Source: Verrucomicrobiaceae bacterium (lineage in GTDB: Bacteria; Verrucomicrobiota; Verrucomicrobiia; Verrucomicrobiales; Akkermansiaceae). Taken from it: a stretch of 64,000 nucleotides of DNA. Where the stretch lies: contig JAIXWR010000023.1 in assembly GCA_027491155.1 (NCBI GenBank), forward strand, positions 74,610 through 138,609, in the 5' to 3' direction. Shown piece by piece: positions 8,619-16,137 of this stretch (position 1 is the first letter of the stretch; each line of letters starts with the position of its first letter). Below the pieces are notes generated by a model, which saw only the letters and a program-made list of their open reading frames with translations, did no database searches and was not told the DNA's origin. A program made the position numbers and the translations under genes.

Positions 8619-8990
8619 ATGGGCTTGCGCGACAATCCATATAGGCACACCGCCACTGAAGCAGAGGACTTCGCCTACCCTCCCAATGGCGGGCGCGGTA
8701 AGTTGATCACCCTCGGGATCATCTTTCCAATCGGATTGATGATCTATGCGGTTCACATCTGGATCACGAAGGAGGCCTATTGGCCCGGACGAGGTAACAC
8801 GGGGATGAACGTAACCGGCGACACAGCGCGAGCGATGGGCGTAGGCTACGCATTCCTGAGTTCGTTCAGCCATTTCAGATGGTTCTGGGGCTTGATTCCC
8901 CACTACCTGACCTTCCGAATCGGAACGACCGTTTCGCTGCTCGGTTTTCTTGGCGCGTTCGGCGCATCGCTTTACTTCCTCTTCCGATGA
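8619..8990 (+). CDS. Small integral membrane protein, three predicted TM helices (islet gene B)
   Basis: 123 aa from MGLRDNPYR. Hydrophobic spans are LITLGIIFPIGLMIYAVHIWI, AMGVGYAFLSSFSHFRWFWGL and TTVSLLGFLGAFGASLYFLF. An alternative GTG start lies at 8565. Confidence 0.5.
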   Translation: MGLRDNPYRHTATEAEDFAYPPNGGRGKLITLGIIFPIGLMIYAVHIWITKEAYWPGRGNTGMNVTGDTARAMGVGYAFLSSFSHFRWFWGLIPHYLTFRIGTTVSLLGFLGAFGASLYFLFR

Positions 8991-9219
8991 TGAACGACAG
9001 AGGGAACAAGCCGTGGGATGCAACCGGCGACAACTTCTCTCTTTGAATTCGGACTCGCCACCGCCGGTGCATCCACTCTAACGCACACCCACCCGGCATC
9101 GCAAAGGTGGGCGGATCGGCCATAAAGAAGCAGCGAGAGCCGTGTCCAGGGACTGGATCCGATGAATGTCCGGCCGGTGGCGGGCGGTATAGCGTGGAAC
9201 CCCGAAGCCCGACCGACCC

Positions 9220-10692
9220 TTGAACCTTTTCCCGATCCTCGCCGCTTCCGTCTGCCTGCTGCTGCCCGTGGCAACGGGGAAGCCCAACGTCGTGTTCATC
9301 GCGATCGACGACCAGAACGACTGGGTCGGGGCTTTCGGCGGGCATCCGCTGGTCAAGACGCCGCACCTCGACCGGCTGGCGGCGCGCGGCACCGCCTTTC
9401 TCAACGCGCATTGCAACGCGCCGCTGTGCAATCCCTCGCGGACCAGCCTGATGCTCGGCTTGCGGCCGACGACCACCGGGATCTACGGGCTGGAGCCCTG
9501 GTTCCGCAAGGTGCCGGAGTGGGCGGACCGCGTGACCTTGCCGCAGCATTTCAAGCAGCACGGGTATCGCACGCTCAGCGCGGGGAAGGTGTATCACGGC
9601 GGCATCGGCGGCCCGGCGAAGCGGAAGCTGGAATTCGACGAGTGGGGTCCCGACGGCGGGGTGGGGGCCCGGCCGGAGAAGAAGCTCGTGGGACCGACGC
9701 CGATGGGAAACAACCCCTTGGTGGACTGGGGTGTTTTCCCGCATCGCGACGAGGACAAGGGGGATTACAAGGTCGCCGATTGGGCGATCGGGCAGATCCG
9801 GGCCGCGCCGAAGGACCGGCCCTTCTTCCTTGCCGCCGGATTCTTCCTGCCCCACGTGCCTTGCTACGCGACGCAGCGGTGGTTCGACCTTTATCCCGAC
9901 GACGACTCGGTGCTGCCCCGGATCCTGGAAAGCGACCGTGCCGACACGCCGCGCTTTTCGTGGTATCTCCACTGGAGCCTGCCGGAGCCGCGCTTGAAAT
10001 GGCTGAGGGAGGAGAAGCAGTGGCGGAATCTCGTCCGCTCCTATCTGGCCTGCACCAGCTTCGTCGACGCGCAGGTCGGGCGGGTGATGGCGGCGCTGGA
10101 GGAAGCCGGGCTGGCGGAGAACACCATCGTGGTGCTGTGGAGCGACCACGGCTGGCATCTCGGGGAGAAGGGCATCTCGGGCAAGAACACGCTGTGGGAC
10201 GACGGGACCCGGGTGCCGCTGATCTTCGCCGGTCCGGGCGTGGGCAAGGGCGGCCGGGTGACGCAGCCGGCGGACCTGCTGGACATTTACCCGACGCTGA
10301 TCGAGCTCTGCGGGCTGGGTCCGCGGGCGGATCTCGACGGGACGAGCCTCGTTCCCCAGTTGAAGGATCCCGCGGCGAAGCGGGAGCGGCCGGCGATCAC
10401 CACGCACAACCCGGGCAATCACGGCATCCGCAGCGAGCGCTGGCGCTACATCCGCTATGCCGACGGCAGCGAGGAGCTCTACGACCACCGGAGCGATCCG
10501 GACGAGTGGACCAACCTGGCCGGCCGGCCGGAGCATGCGGCGGTGGTGGCGGAGCACCGCAGGTGGCTGCCGGAAAAGGAGCATCCGCCGGTGCCGGGGA
10601 GCGCCCATCGGGTGCTGTCCTACGATCCCGGCCGCGATGAAGCGGAGTGGGAAGGGCGGAAAGTCCGGCGCGGCGACCCGGTTCCCGAGTGA
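9220..10692 (+). CDS. Sulfatase (formylglycine-dependent arylsulfatase family)
   Basis: A signal peptide, then NVVFIAIDDQ and the CxPxR motif (PLCNPSRTSLMLG). The start codon is TTG. Confidence 0.9.
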   Translation: MNLFPILAASVCLLLPVATGKPNVVFIAIDDQNDWVGAFGGHPLVKTPHLDRLAARGTAFLNAHCNAPLCNPSRTSLMLGLRPTTTGIYGLEPWFRKVPEWADRVTLPQHFKQHGYRTLSAGKVYHGGIGGPAKRKLEFDEWGPDGGVGARPEKKLVGPTPMGNNPLVDWGVFPHRDEDKGDYKVADWAIGQIRAAPKDRPFFLAAGFFLPHVPCYATQRWFDLYPDDDSVLPRILESDRADTPRFSWYLHWSLPEPRLKWLREEKQWRNLVRSYLACTSFVDAQVGRVMAALEEAGLAENTIVVLWSDHGWHLGEKGISGKNTLWDDGTRVPLIFAGPGVGKGGRVTQPADLLDIYPTLIELCGLGPRADLDGTSLVPQLKDPAAKRERPAITTHNPGNHGIRSERWRYIRYADGSEELYDHRSDPDEWTNLAGRPEHAAVVAEHRRWLPEKEHPPVPGSAHRVLSYDPGRDEAEWEGRKVRRGDPVPE

Positions 10693-10758
10693 AGCGGATT
10701 TGCCGCAGCCGGCGAATTGGAACTTGGAAGTTGATCACCGGAAACTAGCATCCGGGCC

Positions 10759-11823
10759 GTGCGCCGCGGTTCGGTTAGTGATGTGATCAAGATCTTCGCC
10801 TACGTGGCGGCCACGCTGGTTCTGGGGGCGATCCTTGCGCCCTGGATCTATCAGGCGGGCAAGGGGATGGCGGAGGTCTTCCGCGAGAAGGACGGCAACG
10901 GGCTGGTCCAGTATGTCGCCGCCGCCGCGGACCGCGCGGATTTCCCGAAGTTCTTCGATCGCGCGCTGATGCTTTCGGCGCTGATCCTGCTGTTCCCGCT
11001 GACCGCCTGGCTGCGGCTCGGACGTCCGCCGGGGAGCCATCGGGACACGCCGTGGTCGCTGCGTCTGCCGGACAACGTGGTGGTCACCGACCGCGGCCAA
11101 CCGCTGCGCCGCAACCCGCAGGGATGGCTGCAGTTCAGCACCGGGGCGCTGCTGGCGGCGGGCCTGCTGCTGCTTTCGGGCTGGCTGCTGCTGCAGGCCG
11201 GCTGCTTCATGTGGAAGGATGCCGTCATCTCGACCCGCGGGGTGCCGAACAAGTTCGTGATGGAGATCGACCTGGTGAAATCGTTCACCAAGGTCCTGCC
11301 CGGCGCGCTGGCGGTCGCGATGATCGAGGAGGTGCTGTTCCGCGGCGTGTTGCTCGGGATTTTCCTGCGGGCGATGCGGCCGGCCCCGGCGATCGCGCTG
11401 CTATCGTTCCTGTTCGCCTTCGTGCACTTCCTCCAGCCGCCGCCGATGGCCCGGGTGCCGGACCCGGAAGCGGCGAACGCGGGCTTCGTGCTGCTGGGCC
11501 AGATCTTCAGCCGCTTTGCCGATCCGATGTCGATTTCCTCGAGCTTCATGACCCTGGCGGCGGTGGGCGTGGTGCTGGCCTACGCCCGCTACCGGACGGC
11601 CTCGCTGTGGCTGCCGGTCGGCCTGCATCTCGGCTGGGTTTTCGGGATAGGGATGTTCAAGGAGGCGACCTGGCCGGTGATCGGATTGCCGGAAGCGATG
11701 CGCTGGCTGGTGGGGATGAGCCTGCGGGAAGGCCTGCTGCCCTTGTCGGTGGTGGTGCTGACCGGGATGCTGGTCCACCTGATGACCCTGCCGCGGGACG
11801 AGCCCGCGGCTTACCGGAGCTGA
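10759..11823 (+). CDS. CPBP family intramembrane glutamic endopeptidase (CAAX protease-like)
   Basis: A multi-TM protein with the EEVLFRG motif and a FAFVHF histidine motif. The start is GTG, and its position is uncertain by a few codons. Confidence 0.8.
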   Translation: MRRGSVSDVIKIFAYVAATLVLGAILAPWIYQAGKGMAEVFREKDGNGLVQYVAAAADRADFPKFFDRALMLSALILLFPLTAWLRLGRPPGSHRDTPWSLRLPDNVVVTDRGQPLRRNPQGWLQFSTGALLAAGLLLLSGWLLLQAGCFMWKDAVISTRGVPNKFVMEIDLVKSFTKVLPGALAVAMIEEVLFRGVLLGIFLRAMRPAPAIALLSFLFAFVHFLQPPPMARVPDPEAANAGFVLLGQIFSRFADPMSISSSFMTLAAVGVVLAYARYRTASLWLPVGLHLGWVFGIGMFKEATWPVIGLPEAMRWLVGMSLREGLLPLSVVVLTGMLVHLMTLPRDEPAAYRS

Positions 11824-11830
11824 GTCGATC

Positions 11831-12583
11831 ATGGCCCGGGGCGAAGATCGGCGCGGGTGGTGGACGGGGGTTCTGGACCTGGTGTATCCGGGGGTTTGCC
11901 ACCGTTGCGGCGACGGGGTGGCGGGCGACGGCTCCTTGTGCGAGGACTGCCGCGACTGCCTGCCTTCGCTGCGCGAACCGTTCTGCCGGGTTTGCGGGGA
12001 GGAGTTCGAGGGACGGATCGAGGGCGCGTTCGAATGTCCGAATTGCCGCGACCTCGAGTTCGCCTTCGAGTTTGCGCGTCCGGCCTTGCCGAATCATCCG
12101 GTGCTTCTCGGGATGATCCACGAATTGAAGTACGGGCGGCGGATCGAGATCGCGGCGGAGCTGGGGAGGCTGGCGGGCCGGGCCTTCGCCGAGGATCCGC
12201 GGCTGGCGGAGGCGCTGGAAAGCGGGTGGCCGCTGGTGCCGGTGCCGCTTCACCGCCGCCGGCGATTGTGGAGGTATTTCAACCAGGCCGAGGAGATCGC
12301 CCGGGCGCTGGGCGAGGCGACGGGGCTGCCCTTGTGCCGGGCGCTCCTGCGGAGGGTGAGCACCAGCAGCCAGACGCGCCTGAGCCGTGCGCAGCGCTTG
12401 AAGAACCTGAAGGGAGCCTTCGCGCTTTCGCGGGAGGGCAAGGCGTTCGCCGCCGCCGGGCCGCCCGGGGCGGTGCTGGTGGATGACGTCTTCACCACCG
12501 GCGCGACCACCGGCGAGTGTGCCCGCCTGCTGCGACGCTCGGGCGTTCAAAAGGTGGTTGTCGTCACCGTGATGCGTGGCTAG
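11831..12583 (+). CDS. comF: ComF family protein (phosphoribosyltransferase domain)
   Basis: N-terminal Cys4 zinc fingers (CHRCG...CEDC, CRVCG...CPNC) and a C-terminal PRTase loop (VLVDDVFTTGAT). Confidence 0.8.
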   Translation: MARGEDRRGWWTGVLDLVYPGVCHRCGDGVAGDGSLCEDCRDCLPSLREPFCRVCGEEFEGRIEGAFECPNCRDLEFAFEFARPALPNHPVLLGMIHELKYGRRIEIAAELGRLAGRAFAEDPRLAEALESGWPLVPVPLHRRRRLWRYFNQAEEIARALGEATGLPLCRALLRRVSTSSQTRLSRAQRLKNLKGAFALSREGKAFAAAGPPGAVLVDDVFTTGATTGECARLLRRSGVQKVVVVTVMRG

Positions 12584-12614
12584 CGTCGCCCGCCAAGACC
12601 GACCTTCCGAATCC

Positions 12615-13442
12615 ATGGGCATTTTCGACAAGCCACCCCTTCGCCACCTCAAGCGCCGTGACGACATGCCCGAGGGCCTGTGGACCAAATGCCCCGAATG
12701 CGGGGCGATGCTGCACACGCTGGAGCTCAAGCAGCACCTGCAGACCTGCCACCACTGCGGCTACCACTTTCTCATGGATTCGCGCGAGCGGATCGAGCTG
12801 CTGGCGGACCCCGGGACCTTCGAGGAAACCGGCGCCGGCCTGGTTTCCGCCAACCCGCTGGGCTTCGCCAACTACCGCGAGAAGATCGCCGGGATGCGCG
12901 AGAAGACCGGCCTGGACGACGCGGTGGTGACCGGACGCCTCTGCATCGGCGGCCAGCCGGCGATGATCGCGGTGATGGATTTCAAGTTCTTCGCCGGCTC
13001 GATGGGTTCGGTGGTCGGGGAAAAGATCACCCGCGCGGTGGAGCAGGCGATCGCCGAGAAGCGCGGCGTGATCATCGTGTCCGCCTCGTCCGGCGCGCGG
13101 ATGCAGGAAGGCATGCTCTCCCTGATGCAGATGGCCAAGACCTGCGGCGCGCTGGCGCGGCTGTCGGAGGCGCATCTGCCCTACATTTCGGTGATGACCC
13201 ATCCGACCACCGGCGGGGTCACCGCGTCCTTCGCGACGATCGGCGACATCAACCTGGCCGAGCCGAAGTGCATGATCGGCTTCGCCGGTCCGCGGGTGGT
13301 GAAGGAGACGACCCACCAGAACCTGCCGCCCGGGTTCCAGACGGCGGAATTCATGCTCGAGCACGGGTTGATCGACGCGATCGTTTCCCGGGGCAAGTTG
13401 CGCGACAAGCTGGCCCAGCTTTTGGCCTACATGATGCCGTGA
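12615..13442 (+). CDS. accD: Acetyl-CoA carboxylase carboxyltransferase beta subunit
   Basis: Zinc ribbon CPECG...CHHCGYH followed by the carboxyltransferase domain (FFAGSMGSVVGEK). The accD-folC gene order is conserved. Confidence 0.9.
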   Translation: MGIFDKPPLRHLKRRDDMPEGLWTKCPECGAMLHTLELKQHLQTCHHCGYHFLMDSRERIELLADPGTFEETGAGLVSANPLGFANYREKIAGMREKTGLDDAVVTGRLCIGGQPAMIAVMDFKFFAGSMGSVVGEKITRAVEQAIAEKRGVIIVSASSGARMQEGMLSLMQMAKTCGALARLSEAHLPYISVMTHPTTGGVTASFATIGDINLAEPKCMIGFAGPRVVKETTHQNLPPGFQTAEFMLEHGLIDAIVSRGKLRDKLAQLLAYMMP

Positions 13443-13449
13443 CGGGGCC

Positions 13450-14670
13450 GTGACCTACCCCGAGTCCATCGACTGGTTGTTTTCGACCCAGATGTTCGGC
13501 ATCAAGCTGGGCCTCGAGGGGCCGCGGCGCCTGTTGAAGGAGTATCTGGCCTTTCCGGCGCACGGGGTGAAGGTGATCCATGTCGCCGGCACGAACGGCA
13601 AGGGGAGCACCTGCGCGATGATCGACGCGGTGGCCCGCGCGGCGGGTTGCCGGACCGGGCTGTTCACCTCGCCGCATCTGATCGACTACCGCGAGCGGGT
13701 GAGGGTGTCGGGCGAGGAGATCCCGGAGGACGCCTGCGCGGCGATGCTGACGGAGCTGCGGGAGATCTGCGAGAGGCTCGATCCGCATCCGACCTTCTTC
13801 GAGATCAGCCTGGCGCTGGCGATGCGCTGGTTCCGGAAGCGCGAGTGCGAGATCATCGTGCTGGAAACCGGCATGGGCGGGCGGCTCGACGCCACGACCG
13901 CGGTGCCGGCGGACGTCTGTGCGATCACGCCGGTGGGGCTGGACCACATGCAGTGGCTGGGCGACACCGTCGAGAAGATCGCGGCGGAGAAGGCCGGGAT
14001 TTTCGTCGAGGGCAAGCCGGCGATTTCCTCGCCGCAGGCGGCATCGGTGATGCGGGTGTTGGAGAAGGAGGCGAACGAGCGGCGCTGCCCGCTCTCCTTC
14101 GTCGAGATTCCCCTGGCCGGCTACCCGGTGGCCCTGGCGGGGGAGCACCAGCGGTGGAATGCCGCGCTGGCCCTGGAGTGCCTGCACGCGGCGGGGGTGA
14201 AGCTCGACTACGAGGTGGTCCGGCACGGGCTGTCCACGGTCCGCTGGCCCGGGCGCTTCGAGCGCTTCCTGCATGAAGGCCGGGAGATCGTGCTCGACGG
14301 CGCGCACAATCCGCAGGGCGCTGCGGTGCTGGCGGAGACGTGGCGCGGCGAGTTCGGGACGCGGAAGGCGACGCTGGTTTTCAGCGCGGTGGCGGCGAAG
14401 GACGTGGCGGGCATCCTGGCCGCGCTGGCGCCGCTGGCGTCCGTGATTCATTTCTGTCCGGTCGACACCCCGCGGGCGCTGTCGGTGGGGGAGCTGGCCG
14501 CAAGCCTGCCGGCCGGGGCTCCGCCGCATCGCTTGCACGGGAGTTTCGACGAAGCCTTCGCGGCGGCTTTGGAGGGTGAGGGGGTCGTTTTGATCGCGGG
14601 TTCGCTGTTCCTCGTCGGCGAGGCCCGGGCGCGTCTGACGGGCGGCGGATTCCAGCCCTGTACGCAGTGA
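13450..14670 (+). CDS. folC: Bifunctional folylpolyglutamate synthase / dihydrofolate synthase
   Basis: Mur-ligase P-loop HVAGTNGKGST. The length and position after accD fit. The start is GTG. Confidence 0.9.
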   Translation: MTYPESIDWLFSTQMFGIKLGLEGPRRLLKEYLAFPAHGVKVIHVAGTNGKGSTCAMIDAVARAAGCRTGLFTSPHLIDYRERVRVSGEEIPEDACAAMLTELREICERLDPHPTFFEISLALAMRWFRKRECEIIVLETGMGGRLDATTAVPADVCAITPVGLDHMQWLGDTVEKIAAEKAGIFVEGKPAISSPQAASVMRVLEKEANERRCPLSFVEIPLAGYPVALAGEHQRWNAALALECLHAAGVKLDYEVVRHGLSTVRWPGRFERFLHEGREIVLDGAHNPQGAAVLAETWRGEFGTRKATLVFSAVAAKDVAGILAALAPLASVIHFCPVDTPRALSVGELAASLPAGAPPHRLHGSFDEAFAAALEGEGVVLIAGSLFLVGEARARLTGGGFQPCTQ

Positions 14671-14694
14671 AGGAGGGCGCGGGGCCCTCCTTCA
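14668..14694. terminator. GC-rich hairpin overlapping the folC stop, between convergent genes
   Basis: A perfect 11-bp stem TGAAGGAGGGC/GCCCTCCTTCA with a 5-nt loop. There is no clear U-tract on either strand. Confidence 0.4.
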
Positions 14695-14725
14695 GCAAGT
14701 TGCAGACCGGCGGTGCCGGAATGGA

Positions 14726-15199
14726 TCAGGGGTTCAAGGTGTAGGTGACCGAAGTGATCGTCGGGATGCGGTTGGTCATCTTGAAGGTGTAGAAGTTCAA
14801 GGCGACGTTCAGCGGTTCACCGGTCGTGACGTTCTTGAAGACGATGCCGGCAACCGGAGGCGAACCTTTCTTCGGCTTGTTGATGTAGGCGTTGGAGGAA
14901 CCGCCGTCGGCCTGGAAGGCGATCTTGAAGCCGGGTCCGATGAGCTCGCCTTTCTTGCCGATGGTGAAGGTGACCTGTTGGCCGACCGCGAGGTCCGGGA
15001 TGCCCTTGGGAACCGGGACGCTTGGCAGAACCTGGCCCATCTGGTTGGCGGCGGACAGCTTGGTGTCCACGGTGAACGTGAAGGTCTTGCCGGGGGACCA
15101 TCCGCCGAACACCGGCGGGGGGTTTGGAGCGGCCTCGGCCATCTGGAGGGGCAGCAGGGCGGTCAGGAGGGCGAATGCGTGGAGCAGCAGTTTTTTCAT
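14726..15199 (-). CDS. Exported hypothetical protein
   Basis: 157 aa starting MKKLLLHAFALLTALLPLQMAEA (signal peptide). Only this part of track ORF 14726..15988 has a plausible composition. Confidence 0.5.
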   Translation of the reverse strand: MKKLLLHAFALLTALLPLQMAEAAPNPPPVFGGWSPGKTFTFTVDTKLSAANQMGQVLPSVPVPKGIPDLAVGQQVTFTIGKKGELIGPGFKIAFQADGGSSNAYINKPKKGSPPVAGIVFKNVTTGEPLNVALNFYTFKMTNRIPTITSVTYTLNP

Positions 15200-15278
15200 G
15201 GGTGGGGAGTAACGGGTTAAGTTACGCGCGGGCCAATAGCCGCATTTCGCGGGATTTTCAAGTGGGATTCCCGGCGGG

Positions 15279-16130
15279 ATGATGCCATCGGGAAGCATGT
15301 TCCGCCGCTCGCTTCCTTTCCTTTTGCTGCCGCTCGCGGGATTCGCGCTCGGGTGGTGGATGCGGGGAGAGCCGCCGCCGGTCGGGGCGGGAAGGACATC
15401 CGGCGAGTCCGGCGAAACACGGGAACGGGGCATGGTCGCGGAGGAGGGAGGCGCGCTTTCCTCCAAGAGTTCGCGGCGCGAGGGGGTCGAGGCGTTCAGC
15501 GAGGCCGACCGGCGGCGGGAGCTCGCCGACCGGGAGCGGATGCAGGCGACCTGCCGGCGAAAACTCGAGCTGCAGGTCGCGGAGTGGCAGCGGGAACTCG
15601 GATTGAACGATGCCGAGGTCGCGCGCCTGCTGGAGGCCATCGGGCCGGCGGTGGGGCAGGCGGAGCCTCCGGTGGCGGAGCTGGCGCTTCCGATCCTGGC
15701 CAAGGTCCTCGAAGGCATGCTTGATGGCGATCGTGCCGCGGCATTCGGTGAACTGGCCGCGCGCAAGGAGGAAGCCCGTCTGGCGGCCAGGGTCGACGCC
15801 AGGCTGGCCGAGATGGGCGCGGTGCTGCTTCTTTCCTCCGCGCAGAAGGAGGCCATCCGGCAGGCGCTGGGTCCCGGGGCGGATCGCTTGCCGGAGCCGG
15901 GACGGGCGTCGACGGGGCTTCCGCCGGAGGTGCTTGGCGAGGTGTCCAGCCGTCTGGCCGCGCGGAACGACGACGGCTCCGGCTTCATGGAAGTGGCCGG
16001 CGAGGTGCTGCGGGAGCAGATCGAAGCCGAACTTCAAACGCTCGGCGGGATCCTGAGCGCGGAACAGTTGGAAAGCTACCGAGGCCACCTGGAAGAAGCG
16101 AGGGCCGGGTGGCTCGTGCCTCCGCCTTGA
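15279..16130 (+). CDS. Hypothetical membrane-anchored, Ala/Glu/Arg-rich helical protein
   Basis: An N-terminal hydrophobic segment (LPFLLLPLAGFALGWW) followed by charged helical sequence. I recognise no family. Confidence 0.45.
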   Translation: MMPSGSMFRRSLPFLLLPLAGFALGWWMRGEPPPVGAGRTSGESGETRERGMVAEEGGALSSKSSRREGVEAFSEADRRRELADRERMQATCRRKLELQVAEWQRELGLNDAEVARLLEAIGPAVGQAEPPVAELALPILAKVLEGMLDGDRAAAFGELAARKEEARLAARVDARLAEMGAVLLLSSAQKEAIRQALGPGADRLPEPGRASTGLPPEVLGEVSSRLAARNDDGSGFMEVAGEVLREQIEAELQTLGGILSAEQLESYRGHLEEARAGWLVPPP

Positions 16131-16137
16131 ATCCGGG

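Larger units (their letters stand above)
7320..9060. other. Low-GC genomic islet (putatively horizontally acquired)
   Basis: Hand-counted G+C of 60-nt lines is 47% (line 7381), 45% (7501), 33% (7921) and 45% (8701). The flanks give 63% (6301), 68% (9061) and 67% (9301). Confidence 0.6.

Noticed and set aside
7419-9059. GAATTCGACT (7420) / GAATTCGGACT (9047) as att-like direct repeats bounding the islet
   Set aside because: The repeats are only 10-11 nt with an indel and contain a common palindromic hexamer. A chance occurrence is plausible, and no recombinase is present. I kept this only as a remark.
8875-10608. 577-aa minus-strand ORF across the sulfatase gene; the long ORFs 47004..48713(-) and 50388..52862(+) are of the same kind
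   Set aside because: All are antisense to genes with clear family motifs (sulfatase CxPxR, SCO/DUF420, eda/tal/PhoD-like), and all have artefact composition.
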